From NCBI GenBank assembly GCA_030637655.1, contig DAOWGI010000087.1:1-26024 (forward strand): a stretch of 26,024 nucleotides of DNA. The letters run 5' to 3'. How positions within the stretch are numbered: position 1 is the first letter of the stretch; each line of letters begins with the position of its first letter. Shown piece after piece: positions 1-9,448 of this stretch. The notes under the pieces are model-generated. The model was not told the origin of the DNA, searched no databases, and saw nothing but the letters and a program-made list of their open reading frames with translations. The translations under genes were made by a program, and so were the position numbers. This DNA comes from a candidate division FCPU426 bacterium. GTDB taxonomy: Bacteria > Oederibacteriota > JAAXVQ01 > JAUVAV01.

Positions 1-435
1 ACCAAGAAGAGCGTATGCACGGGAGTGGAAATGTTCCGGAAGTTGTTGGATGATGCCCAAGCCGGGGACAATATAGGAATGTTGCTGCGCGGTATTGACA
101 AGGAAGAAGTGGAACGCGGCCAAGTCATAGCCAAACCGGGCTCGATTAAGCCGCATAAGAAATTTAAAGGCCAAGTGTACATATTGAAGAAAGAGGAAGG
201 CGGACGCCATACTCCGTTCTTCAATAACTATCGTCCGCAGTTTTATTTCCGGACGACTGACGTGACCGGCTCAGTGAAATTGCCGGAAGGTGTTGAGATG
301 GTTATGCCCGGCGACAATGTCGCCATCGAGGGCGAACTGATCACCCCGATCGCAATGGAAAAAGAATTGCGTTTCGCAATTCGTGAAGGCGGCCATACGG
401 TAGGCGCCGGTGTTATCGCCGAGATTGTTGAATAA
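1..435 (+). CDS. tuf: Elongation factor Tu, C-terminal part (5' truncated by window)
   Basis: Frame 1 open from base 1 ([17 protein letters not shown]...); EF-Tu motifs [29 protein letters not shown]. Confidence 0.99.
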   Translation, partial: TKKSVCTGVEMFRKLLDDAQAGDNIGMLLRGIDKEEVERGQVIAKPGSIKPHKKFKGQVYILKKEEGGRHTPFFNNYRPQFYFRTTDVTGSVKLPEGVEMVMPGDNVAIEGELITPIAMEKELRFAIREGGHTVGAGVIAEIVE

Positions 436-455
436 GCGCTTAAGCGGAGGAAACA

Positions 456-764
456 ATGGAACAACAGAAAATCAGAATCCGAATGAAAGCATATGATCAC
501 AACCTGCTGGATCGTTCTGCCGGTGATGTGATTGAAACAGCCAAAAAAACAGGAGCGCGGGTCTTCGGTCCGGTTCCATTGCCGACACGCATAAATCGTA
601 TCACTGTACTGCGTAGTCCGCATGTGGATAAAAAATCCCGCGAACAATTTGAAGTTCGCACCCATAAACGTTTATTGGACATTGTTGATCCTACTCCCAA
701 GACCATTGATGCTTTAATGAAGATGGATTTACCGGCCGGAGTGGATGTAGAAATTAAATTGTAG
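456..764 (+). CDS. rpsJ: 30S ribosomal protein S10
   Basis: [11 protein letters not shown]...[21 protein letters not shown] upstream; only 20 nt after tuf. Confidence 0.99.
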   Translation: MEQQKIRIRMKAYDHNLLDRSAGDVIETAKKTGARVFGPVPLPTRINRITVLRSPHVDKKSREQFEVRTHKRLLDIVDPTPKTIDALMKMDLPAGVDVEIKL

Positions 765-816
765 GGGCGGGGTAACCCCGCCCGTACATGGGCCGGGTTC
801 TAAATCCGCCCGTATA
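761..816 (+). repeat. GTAG-family REP-like palindrome (761-787) plus degenerate partner (790-816)
   Basis: GTAG GGGCGGGG TAA CCCCGCCC GTAC; the TAG is the rpsJ stop; followed by GGGCCGGGTT CT AAATCCGCCC GTAT. Confidence 0.85.
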
Positions 817-829
817 TGGGAGAATAGCA

Positions 830-1465
830 ATGAAGAGTATACTCGGTAGAAAAATTGGAATGACGCAGATCTTTGATGCGGACGGAAAAGTTATTCCTGT
901 GACCGTAGTTTCCGCTGGTCCGTGCACTGTGGTGCAGGTCAAGACCGTGGAAAAGGATGGGTATTCAGCGATTAAGGTCGGATACGAAGAACAGAAACCA
1001 CAACGCATTAAAAAGCCGGTATTGGGTCAATACACCAAGCGCAACCTTAAACCCCAACGCCTTCTGCGTGAGATTCGTCTTTCCAACGGCGAGACCTTTG
1101 AAGTCGGTCAGACCATTGGTCCGGAAATTTTTGCTGATGTTTCTTGGGTGGAAGTGATGGGTGTTTCCAAGGGAAAAGGCTTTCAGGGTGTTATCAAACG
1201 CCATGGTTTTTCCGGAGGCGGCAATAGCCATGGTTCTATGTTCCATCGTGCACCCGGTTCGATAGGTCAATCCTCGGATCCTTCACGCGTGTTTAAGGGT
1301 GTGAAAATGCCCGGTCAAATGGGAAATGAAAAGGTGACGACCATTAAATTGAAATTAGTAAAAGTCGATGCCAAACAAAATCTGCTTTTAATCCGGGGCG
1401 CCGTACCTGGTGCGAATCGTGGTTTGGTCTTAATTCGTGAGAGCAATCGGGGAGGTAAAAAATAA
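830..1465 (+). CDS. rplC: 50S ribosomal protein L3
   Basis: MKSILGRKIGMTQIF, SKGKGFQGVIKRH, HRAPGSIG; start moved to ATG 830 (SD GGGAGA). Confidence 0.98.
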   Translation: MKSILGRKIGMTQIFDADGKVIPVTVVSAGPCTVVQVKTVEKDGYSAIKVGYEEQKPQRIKKPVLGQYTKRNLKPQRLLREIRLSNGETFEVGQTIGPEIFADVSWVEVMGVSKGKGFQGVIKRHGFSGGGNSHGSMFHRAPGSIGQSSDPSRVFKGVKMPGQMGNEKVTTIKLKLVKVDAKQNLLLIRGAVPGANRGLVLIRESNRGGKK

Positions 1466-1467
1466 TC

Positions 1468-2094
1468 ATGCCCGTGATTAAGGTTGTCAATCGTGAAAAC
1501 CAGCCTGTGGGTGAGATGAATCTTTCCGACCAGGTTTTCGGTGCCAAGGTGAATCAACATCTGCTGTGGGAAGCTGTACAGAGTCATATGGCGAATAAGC
1601 GCCGGGGAACAGCTTGCACTAAGACACGTGCTGAAGTGTCGGGTGGTGGCGCCAAACCATGGAAGCAAAAAGGAACCGGTCGTGCTCGTGCCGGTAGTAA
1701 CCGTTCACCACTCTGGACTAAAGGTGGTGTCACCTTCGGTCCCAGACCGCGCGATTATACTTGGGAATTACCCAAGAAGATGCGCCAAGTGGCTTTGCGT
1801 TCGGTATTTTCAGCCAAAGTGGCTGATGGTGAAATGGTGGTAATGGATGAATTGGTATTTTCGGAAGTGAAAACCAAGGATATGGTTAAGGTATTAAAGC
1901 AATTGAATTTAAATGGCCGGACCACTGTTGTGATGGACAAGCAGGACGAAAAACTTCGTTTGTCCGGGCGTAACATCAAGAGTCTGCAGATTCTGAATCC
2001 GCAGAATTTGAACACCTACGATTTAATCAATTGCGACCATCTGCTTCTTACTCGTGAGGCGATTACGCAGATTGAGGAGAAGTTGAGCAAATGA
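1468..2094 (+). CDS. rplD: 50S ribosomal protein L4
   Basis: TKTRAEVSGGGAKPWKQKGTGRARAGS motif; synteny. Confidence 0.99.
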   Translation: MPVIKVVNRENQPVGEMNLSDQVFGAKVNQHLLWEAVQSHMANKRRGTACTKTRAEVSGGGAKPWKQKGTGRARAGSNRSPLWTKGGVTFGPRPRDYTWELPKKMRQVALRSVFSAKVADGEMVVMDELVFSEVKTKDMVKVLKQLNLNGRTTVVMDKQDEKLRLSGRNIKSLQILNPQNLNTYDLINCDHLLLTREAITQIEEKLSK

Positions 2095-2378
2095 ATTCAT
2101 ATACAATAATAAAGCGCCCGGTGATTACAGAAAAAACCAGTCAACGCAAAGAAGCCAACAATGCCTATGCGTTTGAAGTGGATCGGCGCGCGAATAAAAT
2201 CGAGATTAAACAAGCTATTGAGGAAATTTTTAAAGTAAAAGTCATTGCTGTAAACACCACTATGATGCCTGGCAAGACTCGTCGTTTTGGTGCGCATGTG
2301 AAAGCCAAACAGACCTGGAAAAAAGCAGTTGCCACCTTAAAACAAGGTGAACGGATCGAAATTTACGAGGGTGTATAA
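2091..2378 (+). CDS. rplW: 50S ribosomal protein L23
   Basis: IIKRPVITEK, ANKIEIKQAIE, WKKAVATL; ATGA overlap with rplD. Confidence 0.98.
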   Translation: MNSYTIIKRPVITEKTSQRKEANNAYAFEVDRRANKIEIKQAIEEIFKVKVIAVNTTMMPGKTRRFGAHVKAKQTWKKAVATLKQGERIEIYEGV

Positions 2379-2383
2379 ATGCT

Positions 2384-2408
2384 GTAGGGGCGCATTGCAT
2401 GCGCCCGT
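2384..2408 (+). repeat. GTAG-family REP-like palindrome
   Basis: GTAG GGGCGCAT TGC ATGCGCCC GT, 5 nt after rplW stop. Confidence 0.85.
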
Positions 2409-2435
2409 GTTGACGCAGAATAAAGGAGAAAAAGG

Positions 2436-3269
2436 ATGGCTGTAAAAGTTTATCGTCCAACCAGTCCTGGCCGACGGCAGATGACCGGATATGATTTCAA
2501 GGACATCACCAAGACCAAGCCGGAAAAATCCTTGGTTCGCAAGCTAAACAAAAGCGGCGGACACAATGTGAATGGTCGCTATACTGCCCGTCGTAAAACC
2601 GGGGGCCATAAACGTCGTTATCGCGTGATTGATTTTAACCGGGAAAAAGTAGGTGTGCCGGCCACAGTCATTGCGATTGAATATGATCCGAATCGTACCG
2701 CGCGTATTGCTTTGTTGCAGTATGCGGATGGCGAAAAACGCTACATTGTCGCTCCGGATAAGGTCCAGGTGGGAAATGTTTTGACCTCAGGACCGGAGTC
2801 GGATATTCAACCTGGAAACACCTTGCCGTTGCGCAAGATTCCGACCGGTGAAACGATTCATAACATTGAGTTGCGTTTGGGGCAGAAAGCCCGTTTGGCA
2901 CGCTCGGCTGGGAGCAGGGCGCAATTGTTGGCTAAAGAAGGTGACTATGCTACTGTCCGTCTGCCTTCCGGTGAAATGCGTTTAATTCACCTTGATTGTA
3001 AAGCGACAATTGGATCTGTCGGAAACGCTGAGCATGAAAACATTACCATTGGAAAAGCAGGACGTCACCGTTGGTTGGGTTTCAAGCCACGTAGCCGTGG
3101 TGTGGTTAAAAATCCTGTTGATCATCCACATGGCGGTGGTGAAGGGCGCTCTTCCGGTGGACGTCATCCGGTAACTCCTTGGGGTGTTCCGACTAAAGGC
3201 TACAAGACAAGACAGAAAAATAAAGAGAGCGACCGTATGATTGTCCGGCGGCGCAAGAAAAAAAAATAA
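2436..3269 (+). CDS. rplB: 50S ribosomal protein L2
   Basis: [25 protein letters not shown] motifs. Confidence 0.99.
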   Translation: MAVKVYRPTSPGRRQMTGYDFKDITKTKPEKSLVRKLNKSGGHNVNGRYTARRKTGGHKRRYRVIDFNREKVGVPATVIAIEYDPNRTARIALLQYADGEKRYIVAPDKVQVGNVLTSGPESDIQPGNTLPLRKIPTGETIHNIELRLGQKARLARSAGSRAQLLAKEGDYATVRLPSGEMRLIHLDCKATIGSVGNAEHENITIGKAGRHRWLGFKPRSRGVVKNPVDHPHGGGEGRSSGGRHPVTPWGVPTKGYKTRQKNKESDRMIVRRRKKKK

Positions 3270-3282
3270 GGAGGCCTGACAA

Positions 3283-3564
3283 GTGGGACGCTCGCTGAAA
3301 AAGGGGCCTTATGTTGATCAGAAGCTCATGCAGAAGATCGACAGAATGACCCAGGCCAATGAAAAAAAGGTAGTGAAATCCTGGGCGCGCAGAAGCACGA
3401 TTACTCCTGAAATGGTTGGTTTTACTGTGGCCATTCATAATGGAAGGAAATTTCTGCCCATTTATTTAACTGAGAACATGGTGGGGCATAAATTAGGTGA
3501 ATTCGCGCCCACCAGAACATTTAAAGGACACAGCAAAAGCGAGAAATCGACGGCAGTGAAATAA
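3283..3564 (+). CDS. rpsS: 30S ribosomal protein S19
   Basis: [23 protein letters not shown] start. Confidence 0.99.
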   Translation: MGRSLKKGPYVDQKLMQKIDRMTQANEKKVVKSWARRSTITPEMVGFTVAIHNGRKFLPIYLTENMVGHKLGEFAPTRTFKGHSKSEKSTAVK

Positions 3565-3568
3565 TATT

Positions 3569-3646
3569 GTAGGGGCAATTCACTTGTGCCCGTTTTTTGG
3601 GTATGAATTGCCCGTACCGTAAAGGCGCGGATTGTCGTGCCCCTAC
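3569..3646. repeat. Inverted pair of GTAG REP-like elements; first has a 21-nt insert
   Basis: GTAGGGGCAATTCA-[21 nt]-TGAATTGCCCGTAC (3569-3617); minus-strand GTAGGGGCACGACAATCCGCGCC (3646-3624). Confidence 0.8.
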
Positions 3647-3660
3647 ACGGAGGAACGAAA

Positions 3661-4029
3661 ATGGATAAAAAAGTAGTCGCCCGGTACGTGAGAATTACCC
3701 CGCGCAAAGTGAAAGTGGTGGCTGATCTCGTCCGGAATAAAAAAGTAGACGAGGCTTTAAATACCCTGCAGTTTTTATCCAAAGCAGCCTCGCCCATCTT
3801 TATCCGGCTGATAAAATCAGCAGTGGCTGCTGTTGGCCGGCATCCGGAAGTGGATCCGGCTGCTTTATATATCAAGGAAGTGCGTGGGGATTCAGGCGGA
3901 CAGATGCGTAATGCACGCCGGTTTATTCCGCGTGCTATGGGGCGGGCCAGTAAAATTCGTGTTGAGACAACGCATTTAACACTCGTGGTTTCTGACGGCA
4001 AAGCCGTCGAAGCCGCAGCGAAAGCTTAA
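3661..4029 (+). CDS. rplV: 50S ribosomal protein L22
   Basis: ARYVRITPRKVKVVADLVR, PRAMGRA; start moved to ATG 3661 (SD GGAGG). Confidence 0.97.
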   Translation: MDKKVVARYVRITPRKVKVVADLVRNKKVDEALNTLQFLSKAASPIFIRLIKSAVAAVGRHPEVDPAALYIKEVRGDSGGQMRNARRFIPRAMGRASKIRVETTHLTLVVSDGKAVEAAAKA

Positions 4030-4041
4030 AGGAGGTACACT

Positions 4042-4704
4042 GTGGGTCAAAAAGTCAACCCCATTGGAATACGGCTTGGGATTACACGTACCTGGGATTC
4101 CCAATGGTTCGCGAGCAAAAATTATAAAGTGCTCTTACTTGAAGATATTAAGATTCGTGAGTTTTTAAAAAAACGCCTGCAGCATGCCGGAATAGCAAAG
4201 ATTGATATTGAACGGGCCTCACAGCGGGCAACCGTGACCATCTATGCTGCCAAGCCTGGTATTATTATTGGTAAAAAGGGTTCTGAGATTGATGCCTTGC
4301 GCAAAGACATTCAGGCGCTCACAGGCAAACAAATTCATATTAATATTATGGAGATCAAGCGTTCGGAATTGAATGCGACCTTGGTAGCTCAGAACGTTGC
4401 CCGGCAGCTGGAGCGTCGCATTGCTTTTCGGCGCGCGATGAAACGGGCAGTACAAAACACCATGGAAATGGGGGCCAAGGGAATAAAGATTGCCTGCGGC
4501 GGCCGTTTGGCTGGTTCTGAAATTGCCCGTAAGGAATGGTATCGTGAGGGTCAAATTCCTCTGCATACTTTGCGTGCCAACATTCAGTATGGTCAAGCTA
4601 CTGCCAGGACCACCTACGGTGCCATCGGGGTGAAGATTTGGATACATCTCGAAGAGAAAAAAGAAGCTAAACAGCGGGGAGCAAAGCGTAATGCTACTGC
4701 CTAA
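4042..4704 (+). CDS. rpsC: 30S ribosomal protein S3
   Basis: [30 protein letters not shown]. Confidence 0.99.
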   Translation: MGQKVNPIGIRLGITRTWDSQWFASKNYKVLLLEDIKIREFLKKRLQHAGIAKIDIERASQRATVTIYAAKPGIIIGKKGSEIDALRKDIQALTGKQIHINIMEIKRSELNATLVAQNVARQLERRIAFRRAMKRAVQNTMEMGAKGIKIACGGRLAGSEIARKEWYREGQIPLHTLRANIQYGQATARTTYGAIGVKIWIHLEEKKEAKQRGAKRNATA

Positions 4705-5107
4705 AAGAGTTAAACATCGCAAAGTACATAGAGGAAAAATGAGAGGGTTGGCTCACCGGGGCGCGAAAGTAAGTTTCGGCAGCTTTGGGTTGAAATCTCT
4801 GGCTGCCTGTTGGATTACGAGTGCGCAGATTGAAGCCTGCCGTATTGTTGTCAACCGTCACCTTAAACGTGGTGGTAAATTGTGGATTCGGATATTTCCG
4901 GATAAACCAATTACTAAGAAACCGGCTGAAACCCGTATGGGCAAAGGTAAAGGTTCGCCGGATGCTTGGGTGGCAGTAATCAAACCGGGTCGAATTTTGT
5001 TTGAATTGGAAGGCGTGTCCGAAAAAGTAGCCAAAGAAGCTTTTGTCCTGGCTGCTCATCGGTTGCCGGTATTAACTCGTTTCGTGACGCGTGAGGAGTG
5101 TGTCTAA
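4691..5107 (+). CDS. rplP: 50S ribosomal protein L16
   Basis: [35 protein letters not shown]. Confidence 0.99.
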   Translation: MLLPKRVKHRKVHRGKMRGLAHRGAKVSFGSFGLKSLAACWITSAQIEACRIVVNRHLKRGGKLWIRIFPDKPITKKPAETRMGKGKGSPDAWVAVIKPGRILFELEGVSEKVAKEAFVLAAHRLPVLTRFVTREECV

Positions 5108-5108
5108 A

Positions 5109-5339
5109 ATGCGAATTGATAAACTACGTGAAATGAATCGTGAAGAATTACAACGCAAAGTGGCTGGATTTCAAGATGATTTGTTCAAGTTGAAAATTAA
5201 AGTGCAGACCAAGCAAGTGGAAAATACGGCACAGCTTTCTTCCTTGCGTCAGGATATTGCCCGGGTGCAAACCCTGTTGCGCGAGATGGAAGCCAAAGGT
5301 ATTCAAACCACGGCTGCAGCGGAAGAACAAAAAAAATAA
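5109..5339 (+). CDS. rpmC: 50S ribosomal protein L29
   Basis: LREM..EEL, RQDIARVQTLLRE; position between rplP and rpsQ; start at ATG 5109 (SD GAGGAG). Confidence 0.93.
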   Translation: MRIDKLREMNREELQRKVAGFQDDLFKLKIKVQTKQVENTAQLSSLRQDIARVQTLLREMEAKGIQTTAAAEEQKK

Positions 5340-5369
5340 TTATTTCATAGGTATTTAAAGGAGGAAGCC

Positions 5370-5639
5370 ATGTCAGGGCTGACCACCGGTAGAGACAAAG
5401 TGGGTGTGGTAAAAAGCAATAAAATGAAGAAGACCATTGTTGTCCGAGTCGATCGCTTGGTACAACATTCGCGGTACAAACGTTTTATACGCCGTTCGAA
5501 AACATACAAAGTGCATGATGAAGAGAATACCTGTGGTATTGGAGATACTGTGCGTATTCGTGAGACCTCTCCCAGGTCGAAAGATAAATATTATAAGCTG
5601 GTTGAAGTCGTCGAACGGGCGAAGGTTCATGCCGGTTAA
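5370..5639 (+). CDS. rpsQ: 30S ribosomal protein S17
   Basis: GVVKSNKMKKTIVV, HDEEN, GDTVRIRETSPRSK. Confidence 0.97.
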   Translation: MSGLTTGRDKVGVVKSNKMKKTIVVRVDRLVQHSRYKRFIRRSKTYKVHDEENTCGIGDTVRIRETSPRSKDKYYKLVEVVERAKVHAG

Positions 5640-5662
5640 GCCTTAAAGGAGGCTGAGCAAGG

Positions 5663-6031
5663 ATGATTCAAGTACAGAGCATGTTAAAAGTGTCGGACAA
5701 CTCCGGCGCTAAGCGTATTCAGTGCATCAAAGTTTTGGGTGGGACCCGGCGTCGGTACGCACGGCTGGGAGATATTATTGTGGGTACTGTCAAGGAAGCG
5801 ATTCCCGGTGCCCAAGTGAAAAAGAGTGATATCGTCCGCTGTGTTATTGTGCGGACGGCCAAAATGCAGCGCCGTCCGGACGGGTCGTTTATTAAGTTTG
5901 ATGAGAATGCCGCTGTGGTCATCAATGAGCAAATGAATCCTCGCGGAACACGTATTTTTGGTCCTGTGGCCCGTGAGTTACGTGAACGTAATTTTGCCAA
6001 GATTATTTCCTTGGCACCTGAAGTTGTTTAA
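5663..6031 (+). CDS. rplN: 50S ribosomal protein L14
   Basis: [28 protein letters not shown]. Confidence 0.99.
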   Translation: MIQVQSMLKVSDNSGAKRIQCIKVLGGTRRRYARLGDIIVGTVKEAIPGAQVKKSDIVRCVIVRTAKMQRRPDGSFIKFDENAAVVINEQMNPRGTRIFGPVARELRERNFAKIISLAPEVV

Positions 6032-6164
6032 GCTGTTAGGCGCGAATTACCCGCGGTGTAAAGCGGGGCTGAAGCGGAATAAGAATGATGGTTTTTTTCA
6101 ACTCGGATCAAATTCCCGGCCTTGAGTGAGAGGGAATTTCAGATCGCTGAGAAAGGATAAGTTG

Positions 6165-6494
6165 ATGGCATTGTTAAAACCGAAACTTCACAAAAATGAT
6201 ATTGTGACCGTCATTTCCGGCAAGGATCGCGGCAAGAGCGGAAAAATATTGAAAGTGTTTCCCAAGGACGGAAGAGCGCTGGTTGAGAAGATTAATTTCG
6301 TGAAGCGTCATTCACGTCCTACGCAAAAAATGCCGCAGGGCGGTATTTTGGAAAAGGAAGCTCCGATTCAATTGGCGAAATTGAAATTGATCTGCAACAA
6401 GTGCACTGAAACCACAGTCGTTCGGTTTCAGCAGGCAGGGGAAAGCAAAAAAATTGTGCGAATATGTAAGAAATGCAAGGAGATGCTGGATTAA
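6165..6494 (+). CDS. rplX: 50S ribosomal protein L24
   Basis: KOW motif [27 protein letters not shown]; start moved to ATG 6165 (SD AAAGGA). Confidence 0.97.
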   Translation: MALLKPKLHKNDIVTVISGKDRGKSGKILKVFPKDGRALVEKINFVKRHSRPTQKMPQGGILEKEAPIQLAKLKLICNKCTETTVVRFQQAGESKKIVRICKKCKEMLD

Positions 6495-6499
6495 ATATT

Positions 6500-6527
6500 G
6501 TAGGGAACGGTCGCGACCGTTCCCTAC
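6500..6527. repeat. Perfect 28-bp GTAG...CTAC palindrome (REP-like)
   Basis: GTAGGGAACGGTCG|CGACCGTTCCCTAC is its own reverse complement; 5 nt after rplX stop. Confidence 0.9.
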
Positions 6528-6544
6528 GATGGAGGAAAGTTCTG

Positions 6545-7090
6545 ATGGCGCGACTTAAAGAGAAATATTTAAAAGAGATTGTCCCGATGATGATGGAAAA
6601 ATTTTCTTACCGGAACCGTCTCGAAGCACCCAAACTGGAAAAAATCGTGCTCAATGTTGGTATTGGACGGGCGACTGAGAATATTAAATTGCTCGAGACC
6701 GCGGCGCAAGAGTTGGCACAGATTACCGGGCAGCACGCGGTTGTTACCCGGGCCAAGCAGTCCATTTCGAATTTCCGTCTTCGGACCACCAACCCCATCG
6801 GTACGCGAGTCACCTTGCGAGGAGTTCGAATGTATGAATTTTTGGATCGGCTGATCAACATCGCACTTCCTCGTATTAAGGATTTTCGTGGGATTTCCGT
6901 CAAGGGATTTGACGGACGCGGGAATTATAATATGGGGTTGAAAGAGCAGATTGTTTTCCCGGAAATTAATTACGATAAGATTCAGGAAATACATGGAATG
7001 AATGTCACTTTTGTGACAACCGCTAAAACAGATAAAGAGGCGGAAGAGCTTCTTCGGCAATTTGGGGCACCTTTTGCCAAAGGCAAGTAG
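6545..7090 (+). CDS. rplE: 50S ribosomal protein L5
   Basis: [26 protein letters not shown]; start moved to ATG 6545 (SD GGAGG). Confidence 0.99.
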   Translation: MARLKEKYLKEIVPMMMEKFSYRNRLEAPKLEKIVLNVGIGRATENIKLLETAAQELAQITGQHAVVTRAKQSISNFRLRTTNPIGTRVTLRGVRMYEFLDRLINIALPRIKDFRGISVKGFDGRGNYNMGLKEQIVFPEINYDKIQEIHGMNVTFVTTAKTDKEAEELLRQFGAPFAKGK

Positions 7091-7098
7091 GAGGATTT

Positions 7099-7284
7099 AT
7101 GGCAAAAATCTGTTTGATTAATAAGCAGAAAAAAGAACCAAAGTTTAAGGTCCGCAAGTACAACCGTTGTCAGTTGTGCGGGCGTCCGCGTGGGTATCTT
7201 CGTAAGTTCGGGATCTGCCGTATTTGTTTTCGTACGATGGCCAGCCAAGGTCAGATTCCCGGAGTGGTAAAAGCCAGCTGGTAA
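7099..7284 (+). CDS. rpsN: 30S ribosomal protein S14, zinc-binding (type Z)
   Basis: 61 aa; RCQLCGRP...CRICFR (two CxxC). Confidence 0.98.
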   Translation: MAKICLINKQKKEPKFKVRKYNRCQLCGRPRGYLRKFGICRICFRTMASQGQIPGVVKASW

Positions 7285-7288
7285 TCCT

Positions 7289-7310
7289 GCAGGGCAGCTA
7301 TTGGGCTGCC
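7289..7310 (+). repeat. Possible degenerate REP-like hairpin (GCAG head)
   Basis: GCAG GGCAGCT ATTG GGCTGCC, 4 nt after rpsN stop; same placement as the other elements. Confidence 0.4.
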
Positions 7311-7332
7311 AGCTAAGAGAGGGTGAAGAAAT

Positions 7333-7731
7333 ATGTCGATGACTGATTCCATCGCTGATTTGTTGACACGCATTAGAAATGCCAATCGGGCAAGTCATGA
7401 GAAAGTTGATGTGCCGTTTTCCCGCATGAAGCAGGAAATTGTCCGCTTGATCAAAGATGAAGGATTTATTAAGAACTACCGCTTCATTGAAGATCGCCGG
7501 CAAGGCACCATTCGAGTATTTATGAAGTATGGTCCGAATCGCGAACGAGTTATTAAAGATCTACAACGGATTTCCAAACCGGGGTGTCGCGTGTATACCT
7601 CAGCCGAAGAGATCCCCAGGGTGTTGGGTGGATTGGGTGTGGCCATTCTTTCGACGTCCAGAGGTATTATGACCGATAGGCAAGCACGCCGTGAGCACGT
7701 GGGCGGAGAAGTGCTCTGCCATATCTGGTAA
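7333..7731 (+). CDS. rpsH: 30S ribosomal protein S8
   Basis: [38 protein letters not shown]. Confidence 0.99.
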   Translation: MSMTDSIADLLTRIRNANRASHEKVDVPFSRMKQEIVRLIKDEGFIKNYRFIEDRRQGTIRVFMKYGPNRERVIKDLQRISKPGCRVYTSAEEIPRVLGGLGVAILSTSRGIMTDRQARREHVGGEVLCHIW

Positions 7732-7743
7732 GGAGGTCAAAAG

Positions 7744-8301
7744 ATGTCACGCGTAGGTAAATTGCCGGTTTCCATACCAAAAGATGTTACGGTTGATATG
7801 AAAAGCAATCATATTACTGTAAAAGGACCCAAGGGCGGCTTGGAGCGCGATCTCCATCCGCAGATGGAAATCGAAGTCACGTCAGAGCACGTACTAGTCA
7901 AAGAACCAAAGAGTCGCGATCGTGTTTTTCGCGGATTGTACGGGTTAACACGAACTCTGATTTACAATATGGTCAAGGGTGTTTCCGACGGTTTCGAGAA
8001 AAATCTTGAAATTCGTGGTATTGGTTACCGTGCTCAGGTGGCTAATAACAAATTAACGTTATTTGTCGGATATTCACATCCGGTGGAATACACTGCTCCG
8101 GCCGGTATTGCCATAGAAGCGCCTAAACCGACTATTTTGGTAGTCAAGGGCATAGATAAGGAACTTGTGGGTGCGGTGGCAGCCGAACTCCGCTTTGTCA
8201 GAAAACCTGAACCGTACAAAGGCAAAGGCATTCGCTACGAAGGTGAACAAGTTCGTACCAAAGTAGGAAAAGCCGGCGCCGGCGCTGGCGCGAAGAAGTA
8301 A
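7744..8301 (+). CDS. rplF: 50S ribosomal protein L6
   Basis: MSRVGKLP, RKPEPYKGKGIRY. Confidence 0.99.
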   Translation: MSRVGKLPVSIPKDVTVDMKSNHITVKGPKGGLERDLHPQMEIEVTSEHVLVKEPKSRDRVFRGLYGLTRTLIYNMVKGVSDGFEKNLEIRGIGYRAQVANNKLTLFVGYSHPVEYTAPAGIAIEAPKPTILVVKGIDKELVGAVAAELRFVRKPEPYKGKGIRYEGEQVRTKVGKAGAGAGAKK

Positions 8302-8316
8302 AGGAGACCCGAAATC

Positions 8317-8685
8317 ATGGCAATGAAAAGAACACGTACCGAAGACCGGAAATTACGCAAAACGCGTATTCGCCGCAAAGTCACCGGAACCATGGAACGT
8401 CCGCGTTTGAATATATATAAAAGTCACAAAAACTATTGTGCGCAAGTGATTGACGATACGGCCGGTAAAACGCTGGTGACCGTTACCACACAGGAATCGG
8501 ATCTCAGAGCCAAGTTTACCACCCGAGGCAATATGGTTGCGGCTAAAGCTGTTGGCAGCCTGATAGCCGAGCGTTCTTTGGCCAAGGGTATTAAGAAAGT
8601 GATATTTGACCGTGGTGGAAATCGCTTCCATGGCGCAGTGAAAGCGCTGGCCGATGCGGCACGCGGATCTGGACTGGAATTCTAG
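8317..8685 (+). CDS. rplR: 50S ribosomal protein L18
   Basis: [29 protein letters not shown]. Confidence 0.98.
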   Translation: MAMKRTRTEDRKLRKTRIRRKVTGTMERPRLNIYKSHKNYCAQVIDDTAGKTLVTVTTQESDLRAKFTTRGNMVAAKAVGSLIAERSLAKGIKKVIFDRGGNRFHGAVKALADAARGSGLEF

Positions 8686-8713
8686 TGCCGAAAGAGTCAG
8701 AGGAGGGATTGTT

Positions 8714-9244
8714 TTGAAACCGAAAATTGACACCAATGCAATGGAACTTAAAGACCGTGTGGTCAAAATCAACCGCGTCGCCAAAGTGGTGAAAGGTGGA
8801 CGTCGATTTAAGTTTTCCTCACTGGTTGTGGTGGGAGACGGACAGGGTACGGTTGGCTTTGGTCTGGGAAAAGCCAATGAAGTTCCGGCTTCAATCGCCA
8901 AAGGGGTAGAGGAAGCAAAGAAAAACATGATCAAGATCCCTATGCGCGGCACAACGATAACGCACGCGATCATCGGACGTTTTGGCGCGGCCAGAGTTAT
9001 GATGAAACCCGCCTCGCACGGTACAGGTGTTATTGCCGGTGGTGCGGTACGCGCGGTCATGGATGTCGCAGGGGTACACGATGTGTTGACCAAAATCATT
9101 GGAACCAACAATCATCACAATGTATTGTACGCCACCTTTGAGGGTTTTAAAACCATGCTGTACGAAGAAGAAGTGCTTCGTCTGCGCGGCAAATTGCCCG
9201 GCACGACAGCTTCTGCGAAAGAGAAGGAGGCGGCAAAAGCATGA
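8714..9244 (+). CDS. rpsE: 30S ribosomal protein S5
   Basis: [22 protein letters not shown]; probable TTG start 8714 after SD AGGAGG. Confidence 0.98.
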   Translation: MKPKIDTNAMELKDRVVKINRVAKVVKGGRRFKFSSLVVVGDGQGTVGFGLGKANEVPASIAKGVEEAKKNMIKIPMRGTTITHAIIGRFGAARVMMKPASHGTGVIAGGAVRAVMDVAGVHDVLTKIIGTNNHHNVLYATFEGFKTMLYEEEVLRLRGKLPGTTASAKEKEAAKA

Positions 9245-9423
9245 GTGAGAAGATCAAAGTAACTTTGGAGCGCAGCATCAATGGCACTTCAAAATGTCAG
9301 CGTGAAACCGTACGCGCACTGGGGTTGCACAAACGCGGCAGCTCGCATGTTTTGCCCAATCGAGTTGAGGTTCAAGGCATGATTCGAGTGGTTCAGCATC
9401 TGGTAAAAGTTGAAGAGGTTTAA
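9241..9423 (+). CDS. rpmD: 50S ribosomal protein L30
   Basis: [32 protein letters not shown] overlap with rpsE. Confidence 0.96.
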   Translation: MSEKIKVTLERSINGTSKCQRETVRALGLHKRGSSHVLPNRVEVQGMIRVVQHLVKVEEV

Positions 9424-9448
9424 GGCTTGGGAAAGGGGTCGGTGAAGT

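Noticed and set aside
436-455. S10 leader/attenuator upstream of rpsJ
   Set aside because: Only 20 nt between tuf and rpsJ; no room for a leader.
788-8713. Apparent N-terminal extensions of L3, L22, L29, L24, L5 and S5 in the ORF track
   Set aside because: Upstream starts lie in REP hairpins, spacers or the previous gene; good Shine-Dalgarno sites precede the conventional downstream starts.
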